64,000 nucleotides of DNA from Minisyncoccota bacterium (GCA_035714785.1 DASTLQ010000011.1:6124-70123), one strand, 5' to 3'. Counted from the first letter of the stretch, positions 9,653 to 20,243 are shown. The notes: generated by a model not told the origin, from the letters alone. Translations and numbers: made by a program.

Positions 9653-11371
9653 ATGAAAGAAGAAATAAAAAAAATAATAAACGAAGCACTGCGAGAGCTT
9701 AAAATAGAAGAGACGGATTTTGCCGTGGAGCATCCAGCTGATTTAAAAAACGGGGACTACTCTGTAAACGTAGCAATGGTTTTAGCAAAACAGCTTGGCT
9801 CCAATCCTCGCGAACTTGCCGAACAGATCGCCCAAAGTGTAAGGGGTCAACATGTAAGGGGACCCCTTACCCCTGAACATGCAAGGGGTCCCCTTACACG
9901 TTATCCACAGGTTGAAAAGGTGGAGGTGGCTGGGGCGGGGTTTTTGAATTTCTATCTTTCGAGAAAATTTTTTGCGGATTCCATAGCGGAGATATTGGAA
10001 AAGAATGATAATTTTGGAAAAAACGAAGAAGGTAAAGGGAAAAAAGTAATAATAGAATATTCTTCCCCAAACATTGCAAAGCCTTTCACTATAGGACATT
10101 TGCGTTCTACTATTATTGGTCACGCCTTGGCTAATATTTTTGAATATAACGGATATGAAGTGCTTCGAGACAATCACCTCGGGGATTGGGGGACACAATT
10201 TGGAAAGCTGATCGTAGCCATCAAGCGATATGGTAATGAAGAAGAAATAGGAAAAGCCGAAAGACCAGTAAAAGCGCTCACAGAACTATATGTAAAATTT
10301 CATGCCGAGGCTGAGAAAGATAAAACATTAGAAGACGAAGCGAGAGCATGGTTTACAAAGCTTGAACAAGGAGATAAAGAAGCTAGAGCCATCTGGCAAA
10401 AGTGTGTAGATTGGTCAATGACAGAATTTTCAAAAATATATGAAAGATTAGGTGCTTCTTTTGATATGACTTTGGGAGAAAGTTTTTTTGAAGACAAAAT
10501 GAAAACAGTGATAGAGGATTTGGAGAAGACTGATTTTTATAAAGAATCAGAAGGAGCAAAACTTGTTTTCTTTCCTGACGAAAAACATCCTCCACTCATG
10601 ATACAAAAAAAAGATGGCAGTACTTTGTATGGGACTCGTGACCTTGCTACCGATAAATATAGGAGGGATACTTGGAACCCAGACTTAGTAGTAAACGAAG
10701 TAGGAATGGAGCAGTCATTATATTTCAAACAGCTTTTTGAAGTAGAAGAAATGCTTGGATATTTTAAAAAAGAACAAAGAGTCCACGTAGCTCATGGTCT
10801 GTATAAATTTAAAGAAGGAAAAATGAGTACCAGAAAAGGAAATGTAATCTGGCTTGAAGACGTGCTTGATGAAGCAAAAAAAAGAGCAGGCAAAATTAAT
10901 GAAGAGACAGCGGAAGTGGTAGGCATAGGGGCGATAAAATTTAATGACCTTCGAAGTGAAAGTCGAAAAGATATTATATTCAACTGGGGGGACATTTTGA
11001 ATTTGGATGGAGACTCTGGTCCTTATGTACAGTATTCGTACGTCCGCACAAAGGCGATAGAAAATAAGGCAAAAGAATTGGGAATAGAAAAAAGCATCGC
11101 TCAGCCAACCGAGGAGATATTTGAGATTGAGAAACTGCTGTATCGTTTTCCGGAAGTGGTATCTCGTGCACGGGAAACTTACGCTCCGCATGTCATCGCT
11201 CAATATCTTTTAGAAGTGGCACACGAATTCAGTTCGTTTTATGGAAATACTCAAGTATTGAAAGAGGAAGATCCTTTCTCTCCGTATAAGCTTGCCGTGG
11301 TCGAAGCGACAGGTATCGTAATCAAAAAAGGCCTTTGGATCCTCGGCATCCAGACCCCCGAAAAAATGTAA
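9653..11371 (+). CDS. argS: arginine--tRNA ligase
   Basis: EYSSPNIAKPFTIGHLRS, HLGDWGTQFG, KMSTRKG, GPYVQY, PEKM end. Confidence 0.98.
   Translation: MKEEIKKIINEALRELKIEETDFAVEHPADLKNGDYSVNVAMVLAKQLGSNPRELAEQIAQSVRGQHVRGPLTPEHARGPLTRYPQVEKVEVAGAGFLNFYLSRKFFADSIAEILEKNDNFGKNEEGKGKKVIIEYSSPNIAKPFTIGHLRSTIIGHALANIFEYNGYEVLRDNHLGDWGTQFGKLIVAIKRYGNEEEIGKAERPVKALTELYVKFHAEAEKDKTLEDEARAWFTKLEQGDKEARAIWQKCVDWSMTEFSKIYERLGASFDMTLGESFFEDKMKTVIEDLEKTDFYKESEGAKLVFFPDEKHPPLMIQKKDGSTLYGTRDLATDKYRRDTWNPDLVVNEVGMEQSLYFKQLFEVEEMLGYFKKEQRVHVAHGLYKFKEGKMSTRKGNVIWLEDVLDEAKKRAGKINEETAEVVGIGAIKFNDLRSESRKDIIFNWGDILNLDGDSGPYVQYSYVRTKAIENKAKELGIEKSIAQPTEEIFEIEKLLYRFPEVVSRARETYAPHVIAQYLLEVAHEFSSFYGNTQVLKEEDPFSPYKLAVVEATGIVIKKGLWILGIQTPEKM
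9838..9911. repeat. family-1 repeat inserted in frame in argS
   Basis: one half core, two full cores and TTATCCACA 9901-9909; translated VRGQHVRGPLTPEHARGPLTRYPQ. Confidence 0.95.
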
Positions 11372-11380
11372 CGTGCAAAG

Positions 11381-11498
11381 TGCAAGGGGGCTGTGGATAA
11401 CATGTAAGGGGACCCCTTACACTTTATCCACACATACCACCCTTACCTGTGGATAACATGCAAGGGGACCCCTTACCCCTTATCCCGGCGCCCCTTAC
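11381..11498. repeat. family-1 repeat cluster between argS and ileS
   Basis: full 41-bp palindrome 11392-11432 (box-core-box), plus TGTGGATAA 11448-11456 with a second core. Confidence 0.95.
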
Positions 11499-11524
11499 GT
11501 GCGGATTTATGCTATTATTTTTGA

Positions 11525-14500
11525 ATGGCCGACGAAAACAAAGAAAACAAAGAAAATACGACTTCGAAATCCGAAAGCGCTCTGCGAGAAGAGGGCATTT
11601 TAAAATTTTGGGAAGAAAATCATACTTTTCAAAAAACCCTACAACGACCCTCCCCTAAAGGCGAATTCATTTTTTACGAAGGTCCTCCTACAGCAAACGG
11701 AAAGCCCGGCATCCATCACCTCGAAGCTCGCGCTTTCAAAGATGTTATCCCTCGATACAAAACCATGTCCGGCTACCATGTGCGCCGAAAGGGGGGCTGG
11801 GATACTCACGGCTTGCCAGTGGAATTACAGGTGGAAAAAAAGCTAGGACTTGATTCCAAGAAGGCGATCGAAGAGTATGGTATCGCAAAATTTAACGAAG
11901 AATGTAAAGAAAGTGTTTGGGAGTATGTGGATCTTTGGGAAAAATTTACCAGCAGGACAGGATATTGGCTGGACCAGAAAGATGCGTATGCTACTTATGA
12001 CAACACATATATTGAATCAGTTTGGAATATTTTAAAACATGTAGACGAGCAAAAACTTCTATACAAAGATTACAAAGTGGTGCCATGGTGTCCACGTTGT
12101 GGAACGGTGCTATCTTCGCACGAACTTGCTCAAGGATATGAAGATGTAAAAGATCTTTCCGTGTATGCAAAATTTCGACTCGCCGATGGTAGCCTCGCCG
12201 ATGCTGGCCTCGCCGATAACGACCTAGCGAATAAAGACACATACATTCTTGCATGGACCACTACTCCATGGACATTGCCCGGCAACGTCGCGCTAGCAGT
12301 AGGGGAGGATATTGATTATGTAAAAGCAAAAGTTGGCGAAGAAGTGCTAATCCTAGCCAAAGAAAGAATTTCTATTTTACCCGAAGGGTATGAAATTTTG
12401 GAAGAAATAAAAGGAGCCAAGCTCGTGGGCCTCGAATATGAACCCCTGTATCCATTCCTAGCAGAAACTATTTCCGAAACCGAAAAGCCAAAATTAGAAA
12501 AAGCATACAAGATATACAGCGCAGACTTCGTGACTACTACAGACGGTACTGGAGTGGTTCATACAGCAGTGATGTATGGACAGGACGACTTTGCGCTCGG
12601 CACTAAAATCGGACTTCCAAAACACCACCTCGTAGGCTTGGATGGAAAATTTCTACCAGGCACAGGAAACTTCGAAGGAAGATTTGTGCGTGATGAAGAT
12701 GTGGCCGTAGATGTGATCAAAGATCTTGCTTCCCGCAATCTTTTATTTAAAAAAGAAAAATACGAACACTCATATCCGCATTGCTGGCGCTGTCACACTG
12801 CACTCATCTACTACGCTCGTGATTCATGGTATATAAAAATGTCTGATCCAAGGATCAAAGACAAAATGATCTCGGAAAACAAGAGCATTAACTGGGAGCC
12901 AGCCCATATTCGCGATGGAAGGTTTGGGGAATGGCTAAGAGAAATAAAAGATTGGGCAATTTCTCGAGAGCGATATTGGGGTACTCCTTTGCCAGTATGG
13001 GAATGTAATAAATGTCACAAGCGCGAAGTGATCGGTAGCCTCGAAGAGCTTCGAGGTAAGGCAAAAAAATCTGGCAACAAATATTGTGTGATGCGTCACG
13101 GGGAGACTGACAAGAATATCACTAATACTATATGTACTACTGTAAATAGCGGATCCCAACTTACAGAAAATGGAAAAAAGAGCACCCTCGCTACGGCCGA
13201 AAATCTTAAAAAAGAAAATATAAATATTATTATTACTTCTGAATTCCATCGCACTCGAGCAACGGCGGAAATAGTAGCTCCCTTGCTGGGAATTCCACAA
13301 TCAGACATAGTCGTAGATCCTCGACTGGGAGAAATAAAAGTACCAAGCTATGAGGGAAAAAGCTGGACCGAATATCACAAAGATTATCCTCATACGGTAG
13401 AAAATTTTACTAAAGCTCCAGAGGGAAATGAATCATACGAAGACGTGAGAGCTCGCTTGGCAGATTTCCTTTGTGATATTGAAAGTAAATATCAAAATAA
13501 AAATATTCTTATCATCACTCATGGTGCTCCTTCATGGCTCATGACTGCTGTTTCGCGATTGCTTGATGTAGACGAGACACTTAAACTTGTTCAAAGTTCA
13601 AAAGATTATCATTACTTGGCAAATTCTGAAGCGCAGGTGCTTCCTTTCTCTCCTTTTCCTCATGACGGTAAAGGAAATCTAGATCTGCATCGCCCATACA
13701 TCGACAATATGATCGTAGAGTGTGAATGTGGTGGTACTTCGGAGAGAGTGAAAGAGGTGGTGGACGTTTGGTTTGACTCCGGCGCTATGCCGTTTGCCCA
13801 AGATCATTATCCTTTCAAAAATAAAAAATGGGTAGATGGTCCCGGATATCCTGCGGACTATATTTCTGAAGCTATCGATCAGACTCGTGGTTGGTTTTAT
13901 ACCTTGCATGCTATCGGAGTACTTCTCGGAAAGGGAAAGGCATATAAAAATGTAATTTGTTTGGGGCACCTGCTGGATTCCGCTGGTAAAAAAATGTCCA
14001 AATCTCTCGGCAACATAGTGGATCCGTGGATTATGATAGAAAAATACGGAGTAGACACTTTGCGCCTGTGGATGTATTCAGTAAATCAACCTGGAGAATC
14101 AAAGAATTTCGATGAAAAAACAGTCACCTTGGTGCATCGTCAGTTTTTCGGTCTACTGTACAATGTGCTTTCTTTCTATGAACTCTATCGTGAAAAAGAT
14201 TTGGAAAAAAATGAAGAACCAAAACCGCAAAACGTGCTCGATATTTGGATAATAGTGAGATTGCACGAACTGGTGGAGCTTTGTACAAAAGGTCTAAATG
14301 AATTTAAACTAATTGAACCAGTCCGAGCGATTCGTGATTTTATTGATGACCTATCCACCTGGTACTTGCGACGTTCGCGAGAGAGAATTAAAGAAGGGGA
14401 CAAAGAAGCAAAAGCTACTCTGTATTATGTTTTGCGCACTCTTTCCCAATTGCTCGCTCCCTTTGCTCCATTTTCCGCCGAAGACATCTGGCAAAAATTG

Positions 14501-15076
14501 CGCCGAGAAGGAGATGAAGGAAGCGTACATCTTTCCACTTGGCCAAAAGTAAAAATTTCCATTTTGCGATCATTTACTAAGCGCGATACATATGTAATTG
14601 AACACATGATAAAAACTCGCGAGATAGTGACTCTTGGCTTGGAAGCAAGACAGCGAAGAGGAATAAAAGTACGTCAGCCTCTGGGAATGATTCGGGTCAA
14701 AGATTTTGGCTTGCCAGAAGAATATGCAGAGGTAGTGAGAGACGAGCTAAATGTAAAAGAAATTCGCAGAGACCCTGGCATCAAAGAAGAAGTGCACCTC
14801 GAAACAGAAATCACCCCGGAGCTTCGCCAAGAAGGTGACTATCGCGAAGTGGTCCGTGCGATACAAGATTTGCGAAAGAAAATCGGACTTATGCCAAACG
14901 ACCTCGTCACTCTCACTATCTCCCTATCAGACCCCTTGAAATCCGTCATCGAAAAATACGAGCGTGAACTTTCTAAAGTAGTAGGAGCGACCGAAATAAA
15001 ATACGAAGAAAATGATGGCGAGGAATCTAAGATTGGAGACGAAACTGTCAAAATAAAAATCCAGAAAAGATCCTAA
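11525..15076 (+). CDS. ileS: isoleucine--tRNA ligase (type 2) with inserted histidine-phosphatase domain
   Basis: EGPPTANG, GWDTHGLPVE, WTTTPWTLP, WAISRERYWGTP, DQTRGWF, KMSKS; internal RHG domain. Confidence 0.97.
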   Translation: MADENKENKENTTSKSESALREEGILKFWEENHTFQKTLQRPSPKGEFIFYEGPPTANGKPGIHHLEARAFKDVIPRYKTMSGYHVRRKGGWDTHGLPVELQVEKKLGLDSKKAIEEYGIAKFNEECKESVWEYVDLWEKFTSRTGYWLDQKDAYATYDNTYIESVWNILKHVDEQKLLYKDYKVVPWCPRCGTVLSSHELAQGYEDVKDLSVYAKFRLADGSLADAGLADNDLANKDTYILAWTTTPWTLPGNVALAVGEDIDYVKAKVGEEVLILAKERISILPEGYEILEEIKGAKLVGLEYEPLYPFLAETISETEKPKLEKAYKIYSADFVTTTDGTGVVHTAVMYGQDDFALGTKIGLPKHHLVGLDGKFLPGTGNFEGRFVRDEDVAVDVIKDLASRNLLFKKEKYEHSYPHCWRCHTALIYYARDSWYIKMSDPRIKDKMISENKSINWEPAHIRDGRFGEWLREIKDWAISRERYWGTPLPVWECNKCHKREVIGSLEELRGKAKKSGNKYCVMRHGETDKNITNTICTTVNSGSQLTENGKKSTLATAENLKKENINIIITSEFHRTRATAEIVAPLLGIPQSDIVVDPRLGEIKVPSYEGKSWTEYHKDYPHTVENFTKAPEGNESYEDVRARLADFLCDIESKYQNKNILIITHGAPSWLMTAVSRLLDVDETLKLVQSSKDYHYLANSEAQVLPFSPFPHDGKGNLDLHRPYIDNMIVECECGGTSERVKEVVDVWFDSGAMPFAQDHYPFKNKKWVDGPGYPADYISEAIDQTRGWFYTLHAIGVLLGKGKAYKNVICLGHLLDSAGKKMSKSLGNIVDPWIMIEKYGVDTLRLWMYSVNQPGESKNFDEKTVTLVHRQFFGLLYNVLSFYELYREKDLEKNEEPKPQNVLDIWIIVRLHELVELCTKGLNEFKLIEPVRAIRDFIDDLSTWYLRRSRERIKEGDKEAKATLYYVLRTLSQLLAPFAPFSAEDIWQKLRREGDEGSVHLSTWPKVKISILRSFTKRDTYVIEHMIKTREIVTLGLEARQRRGIKVRQPLGMIRVKDFGLPEEYAEVVRDELNVKEIRRDPGIKEEVHLETEITPELRQEGDYREVVRAIQDLRKKIGLMPNDLVTLTISLSDPLKSVIEKYERELSKVVGATEIKYEENDGEESKIGDETVKIKIQKRS
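12179..12229 (+). repeat. 15-bp tandem repeat (3 copies plus a partial) in ileS
   Basis: CTCGCCGAT at 12179, 12194 and 12209, encoding LADGS-LADAG-LADND-LA. Confidence 0.8.
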
Positions 15077-15657
15077 TGCACCACATATATCACACCGAAG
15101 GGTTGATACTCTCAAGTAGAAATTTTGGAGAGGCTGGAAAATACTACCGCATTTTTACTCGCGACCTCGGAATGATAAATGCTTCGGCCCAAGGTGTTCG
15201 CAAGATGTCTTCCAAGCTCCGCTTTATTCTGCAAGATTTTTCTTATGTAAAAGTAGACTTAGTCAAAGGCAAAGACTTTTGGCGTCTTACTAGCGCCTCC
15301 AAAACCAATCAGCTAGAAAAATTAGCCAAAGACCCTCAAAAATTTGCCATTTTCGCCAATATTTCGCGTCTTTTGAAAAGACTTTTGGCAGGAGAGGAGC
15401 CAAATAGTGATCTTTTTGATGATCTTAAAAATGGATTAAAGATCTTGGAGACTTTTTCTGACTCAAAAGATCTTAAAAATATTGAAGCTTTGCTAGTATT
15501 GCGGATTTTGGGCCGACTTGGATATATCGGAGACGCCGACGCACTCCTCGGCTGGGTGCAATCCCCTTTTGGGGAAGACTTAGTCAGGGAGGCTGACAAA
15601 AAGAGAAGTATAATTCTAAGGGAGATAAACAAGGCTTTGAAAGAAACTCAGCTCTAG
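15076..15657 (+). CDS. recO: DNA repair protein RecO
   Basis: TEGLILSSRNFGEAGKYYRIFTRDLGMI..AQGVRK..SKL N-terminal OB fold. Confidence 0.85.
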   Translation: MHHIYHTEGLILSSRNFGEAGKYYRIFTRDLGMINASAQGVRKMSSKLRFILQDFSYVKVDLVKGKDFWRLTSASKTNQLEKLAKDPQKFAIFANISRLLKRLLAGEEPNSDLFDDLKNGLKILETFSDSKDLKNIEALLVLRILGRLGYIGDADALLGWVQSPFGEDLVREADKKRSIILREINKALKETQL

Positions 15658-15718
15658 TTTCGTCATCTCTAGGGTTATCGTTGTAGAGGCCCTCCTTTAC
15701 TGCTATAATAAACCAGAT

Positions 15719-17638
15719 ATGCCGCATGACCCTGATAAATTAAACAGAATAGAGGAATTAAAAACAAAACTTTCCAGTAAAGGGTATGAAGTAAAGGCGA
15801 AAGCTCGAAACGTTTTTTCCGCTACTCCTCAAAAAACTGTACCGGATTCTTGGGAAAACGATACCCCAAGCAACGATTTCACTGAAAAATTTCTTATGAA
15901 AACCTCAGTATTCAAAAGATTTTTTATTTTTTCCATAGCATTCTTCCTTTTGGCTGCAGGTTTTGCTGCTTATACTTTTTTTGGTAAAGGAAATACTATC
16001 TCAAATGAAAATATTGAGATTTCAATTTTAGGAAATGCCTTTACTGCAGGAGGAGAAGAGCTTCCTTTACAGATTGAGATAATAAATCGTAATACTTCTC
16101 CACTTGAGCTTGCCGATTTGATCATAGAGTATCCTCGAAATGCTTCTTTTGATTTCACACGCGATACGGAAAGGCTTCGAGTTTCTCTAGGCACTGTTCC
16201 CTCGGGCGGAGTACGAAATGAAAATGTGAAAGTGGTACTTTTTGGAGAGCAGGGAAGCATCAAACCAATCCGAGTATCGCTTGAGTATCGTGTTGAAGGC
16301 TCGAATGCTATTTTCGTAAAGGAAAAGAGTTTTGAAGTTTCTATTAGTTCTACTCCGATCAATCTTTTCGTAGAAGGTCCGACTGCATTGAGTCCAAATC
16401 AGGATATTACCTTGGATATAAAAGCGATTTTAAATGCCACTCGAGCTGCTCAGCGAATGCTTATCAAAGTGGATTACCCTGTAGGTTTTCAGTTTGCCTC
16501 AGCTACTCCCGCTCCGACCATAGGAAACAATATGTGGAGCTTGGGGGATCTTTCTCCTGGAGCAGAAAGAAAGATTTCTATTTCTGGGAAAATGGTTGAA
16601 GTTTCCGATGGTGAAGAAAAAACTTTTCGTATATATAGCGGATCAGAATCTACTAGAGACAAGACCGAGATCGGCACCATTTTTAATTCTCTAGGACATA
16701 CTGTAGCTATTCAAAAGCCATTCATTGAAGCCTCGCTTTCTATAAATGGTGCATACCAGCGTGAATACGCAGTAGATTCTAAGACCAAGATCCACGGAAG
16801 CATCGTATGGTCAAACAATTTAAATACTTCCATCAATGATGTGGTAATAAAAGCAAAAATTTCTGGGAATGCAGTAAATCGAAGCACCATTGAAACTCAA
16901 GGTTTCTATAATTCTTCCGAGGATACTATTACTTGGGATAAAAATTCTATCAGCGAGCTCGGTCAGGTAGGGCCTGGCCGTACTGGTACAGTTGCTTTTA
17001 CTTTTGAATCTATCCCACTTACATCTCCAGGGGGAGGCATGCTTCCTGAGCCAAGCGCAAGAATTGATGTTTCCATTGCTGGTCGTCAGCCAATCACTGA
17101 CAATGCCGAGGATTTGAAAAACACGGAATCAAAAATAATAAGAATTATCTCGGATGTAAATTTTGCCGCCAAGGCTTTGTATTATAGTGGTGCTTTCACT
17201 AACACGGGTCCTATTCCTCCAAAGGCTGAACAAAAGACGACCTACACTGTAGTCTGGTCTGTGACAAATACTGCTAACAATATTTCAAATGCACAGATTC
17301 GTTCTACTCTGCCACAATGGGTGCGATTCGTCGGACCAATTTCTCCTCCAGCCGAAAATCTAAATTTCAATCCTTCTACTAAAGAAATCATCTGGGAAAT
17401 CGGAAATATGCCAAGGGGACTAGGAGTCACTGGCGCCGCGAGGGAAGTGAGCTTCCAAGTAGAGCTCCTAGCTTCGCTATCCCAAGTAGGCACTACGCCA
17501 GTTTTGGTAAACGATATGGTTTTGACCGGAAGAGACGATTTTGCTAAGGTTGATGTACGGGTAAACAAAGGATCTATTAATACCCGATTACAAAATGATC
17601 CTAGCTTCCCTGTTACGGGGGATAGAGTGGTAGAATAG
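15719..17638 (+). CDS. single-pass membrane protein with tandem Ig-like (DUF11-like) domains
   Basis: one TM near residue 70; repeated beta-rich modules such as VDYPVGFQF..WSLGDLSPG and TLPQWVRF..IWEIG. Confidence 0.6.
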   Translation: MPHDPDKLNRIEELKTKLSSKGYEVKAKARNVFSATPQKTVPDSWENDTPSNDFTEKFLMKTSVFKRFFIFSIAFFLLAAGFAAYTFFGKGNTISNENIEISILGNAFTAGGEELPLQIEIINRNTSPLELADLIIEYPRNASFDFTRDTERLRVSLGTVPSGGVRNENVKVVLFGEQGSIKPIRVSLEYRVEGSNAIFVKEKSFEVSISSTPINLFVEGPTALSPNQDITLDIKAILNATRAAQRMLIKVDYPVGFQFASATPAPTIGNNMWSLGDLSPGAERKISISGKMVEVSDGEEKTFRIYSGSESTRDKTEIGTIFNSLGHTVAIQKPFIEASLSINGAYQREYAVDSKTKIHGSIVWSNNLNTSINDVVIKAKISGNAVNRSTIETQGFYNSSEDTITWDKNSISELGQVGPGRTGTVAFTFESIPLTSPGGGMLPEPSARIDVSIAGRQPITDNAEDLKNTESKIIRIISDVNFAAKALYYSGAFTNTGPIPPKAEQKTTYTVVWSVTNTANNISNAQIRSTLPQWVRFVGPISPPAENLNFNPSTKEIIWEIGNMPRGLGVTGAAREVSFQVELLASLSQVGTTPVLVNDMVLTGRDDFAKVDVRVNKGSINTRLQNDPSFPVTGDRVVE

Positions 17639-17643
17639 TCTAC

Positions 17644-18972
17644 ATGAGCAAAGAAGAAAAAAATGATTTAATGGAAAAGATCGTGTCGCTATGTAAGCGT
17701 CGCGGTTTTGTGTTTCAAGGGTCCGAAGTTTACGGAGGGTTGGCGGGTACTTGGGATTACGGACACTTTGGGGTAGCTTTGCGAAATAATATAAAAAATT
17801 ATTGGTGGAAAAGATTTGTGGATGGCCGGAGAGATATGTATGGAGTAGATGCAGCCATCTTGATGCGCGAAGAGGTTTGGCAAAATGCTGGACACGTAGA
17901 AAATTTTACTGATCCACTAGTAGAGTGTGAAAAATGTAAGCGCCGTTTTCGTGCAGACCAGCTCGAAGAGAAAGATTGTTGCTTGGACTGCGAGGGCAAG
18001 CTTGGCGAAGCGCGTCAATTTAACATGATGTTTGAGACAAAAGTGGGTGCATCGGAAGATTCGGCTGCTGTCTCGTACCTTCGTCCAGAAACTGCTCAAG
18101 GAATGTTTGTAAATTTTAAAAATACCGTGGACGCTTTTCATCCAAAGTTGCCATTTGGAATGGCTCAGATAGGAAAGGCTTTTAGAAATGAAATCACTCC
18201 GCGCGATTTTCTTTTTCGTCAGAGAGAATTTGAGCAGATGGAAATAGAATACTTTGTACGTCCCGAAGATTGGGAAAAATATTTTGAATATTGGAAAGAT
18301 GAGATGCTCGAATGGATGGAAGAAGTGGGAATAGATATGAATAAAGTGCATGAGCTTGAAGTGCCCGACGAAGACCGAGCGCACTACTCCAAGCGCACCG
18401 TAGACTTTGAGTTTGAATATCCTTTTGGGAAAAAAGAACTTTTTGGATTGGCATATCGCACCGATTTTGATCTTACTAATCACAAACTCGAATATGTAGA
18501 TGAAGATTCTTCGGCTGGCGTAGGTGGAAAAAGCGCAGGTGGTAAAATGGTGCCCCATGTGATTGAGCCGACTTTCGGATTAGACCGAGCGATGCTTGCC
18601 CTTGTGCTTTCTGCCTATACTGAAGAAGAAAAAGGAGGGGAAACTCGCGCCTTTTTGAAATTTAAACCTCATATCGCGCCTGTCATTTGCGCCGTGTCTC
18701 CGCTTTTGAAAAATAAGCCAGAGCTCGTAGAGTATGCTAATGCAAAAGTTTTCGCACCTTTGAAGGCTAAGTTTGGACGAGTGGCATGGGACGACAACGG
18801 CAACATCGGAAAGCGATATCGCCGACAGGATGAAATCGGTACTCCATGGTGCATCGTGGTTGATTTTGATACTCTCTCGGATGACACCGTCACAGTCCGA
18901 GATCGCGATACAGGTGAGCAGGAAAGAGTAAAAGTAAGCGACCTTTCTTCTTATATAGAAGAAAAAATCTAA
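17644..18972 (+). CDS. glyQS: glycine--tRNA ligase (alpha2 dimer type)
   Basis: CKRRGFVF, YLRPETAQG, FRNEITP, HVIEPTFG, IGKRYRRQDEIGTP. Confidence 0.97.
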   Translation: MSKEEKNDLMEKIVSLCKRRGFVFQGSEVYGGLAGTWDYGHFGVALRNNIKNYWWKRFVDGRRDMYGVDAAILMREEVWQNAGHVENFTDPLVECEKCKRRFRADQLEEKDCCLDCEGKLGEARQFNMMFETKVGASEDSAAVSYLRPETAQGMFVNFKNTVDAFHPKLPFGMAQIGKAFRNEITPRDFLFRQREFEQMEIEYFVRPEDWEKYFEYWKDEMLEWMEEVGIDMNKVHELEVPDEDRAHYSKRTVDFEFEYPFGKKELFGLAYRTDFDLTNHKLEYVDEDSSAGVGGKSAGGKMVPHVIEPTFGLDRAMLALVLSAYTEEEKGGETRAFLKFKPHIAPVICAVSPLLKNKPELVEYANAKVFAPLKAKFGRVAWDDNGNIGKRYRRQDEIGTPWCIVVDFDTLSDDTVTVRDRDTGEQERVKVSDLSSYIEEKI

Positions 18973-18974
18973 TT

Positions 18975-20243
18975 ATGAAAATATCAAAGAAAATCTTACC
19001 AAACGGCTTGCGGGTGGTGACTATTCCGATGAAGGACAATCCTACCGTCACCGCGCTAGTGCTGGTGGAAGCTGGATCAAAATATGAAGACAAGCGAGTA
19101 AATGGAATTTCGCACTTTTTGGAACACATGTGTTTCAAAGGCACCGAGTCTCGCCCAAAAGCGATGACCATATTAAAAGAGCTAGACGCACTCGGGTGTT
19201 CTTACAATGCTTTTACATCGCAAGAATATACTGGCTACTATGCCAAGGCCGACGCTAAGCATTTTAAGAAGATTTTTGACGTAGTATCTGATATATATCT
19301 TCACTCTACTATGCCCGAAGAAGAAATATTGAAAGAGCGGGGAGTAGTGATCGAGGAAATAAATATGTACAAAGACATGCCTCACCGCCACGTGCAGGAT
19401 CTTTTTACATATCTTTTGTACGGCGACCAACCCGCAGGACGAAGTATTTTAGGAACAAAAGAAAATATCCTCAGTATGAATCGAAAGGATTTTCTGGAGT
19501 ATAAAAAAGCTCACTACTTGCCACAGGCGACTGTGATTGCAGTGGCGGGAAAAATCACCGAGAAAGAAGTACTTCGAGAAGCAAACAAGATTTTTGGTGG
19601 AATGAAAAAAGGTAAGAAGTCAGCTAAACCGAAAGTGATAGAAGGTCAAAAGAAACCAGCAATCCTACTAGAGTACAAGAAAACAGATCAGGCGCATTTT
19701 GTGCTGGGGTTCAGAAGTTTTTCGATGTTCGACAAGAGAAGTCCTGCGCTTTCCGTGCTATCGAGCGTTTTTGCGGGAGGAATGAGCTCGCGATTGTATG
19801 AGCGTCTGCGTGAAGAGATGGGAGTGGGGTACTATATGAATGCTTACAATGATACTTCTACCGATCACGGTGTATTTCAGATTTCAGCTGGAGTAGATAA
19901 AACTAGAATCAAAGAAGTGATCGAAGTAGTGCTTCGGGAATGTAAAAAGATAAAAGAAGAGGGGATATCAAGCGAAGAGCTTGCCCGCGCCAAGGAAATG
20001 CTAGTGGGCGGATTAAAGTTTGGGCTCGAATCCACCGATGATATCGCAAATTTTTACGGCGGACAGGAACTTTTGAAAAGAAAAATCTATACTGCCGATG
20101 AAAGAATCACTCGCATCAGGAAAGTCACTCAAAAAGAGGTACAGCAAGCCGCCGCCGATGTGTTCCAAGGCAAGACCTTAAGCATGGCCATGATCGGACC
20201 TTTCAAAAACTCCGACGAATTTTTAAAAATCCTAAAGTTCTGA
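18975..20243 (+). CDS. M16 family (pitrilysin-like) zinc peptidase
   Basis: GISHFLEHMCFKGT inverted zinc motif, NAFTS, SSRLYERLREE. Confidence 0.93.
   Translation: MKISKKILPNGLRVVTIPMKDNPTVTALVLVEAGSKYEDKRVNGISHFLEHMCFKGTESRPKAMTILKELDALGCSYNAFTSQEYTGYYAKADAKHFKKIFDVVSDIYLHSTMPEEEILKERGVVIEEINMYKDMPHRHVQDLFTYLLYGDQPAGRSILGTKENILSMNRKDFLEYKKAHYLPQATVIAVAGKITEKEVLREANKIFGGMKKGKKSAKPKVIEGQKKPAILLEYKKTDQAHFVLGFRSFSMFDKRSPALSVLSSVFAGGMSSRLYERLREEMGVGYYMNAYNDTSTDHGVFQISAGVDKTRIKEVIEVVLRECKKIKEEGISSEELARAKEMLVGGLKFGLESTDDIANFYGGQELLKRKIYTADERITRIRKVTQKEVQQAAADVFQGKTLSMAMIGPFKNSDEFLKILKF

Noticed and set aside
11381-11498. DnaA-box cluster as oriC
   Set aside because: There is no dnaA/dnaN nearby and no AT-rich unwinding element, and equivalent clusters recur at many loci.
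11251-11658. Short ORFs and N-terminal extensions beginning MWIKCKG, MDNMQGDP or MHVIHR (also at 787, 20129, 20309, 38943, 51920, 57760)
   Set aside because: They are translations of repeat DNA; better starts with -10 boxes or conserved N-termini lie downstream.
17917-18558. Long antisense ORFs overlapping core genes (for example 213 aa opposite glyQS, 190 aa opposite the adhesin)
   Set aside because: These are shadow frames of well-supported genes with no recognisable motifs.
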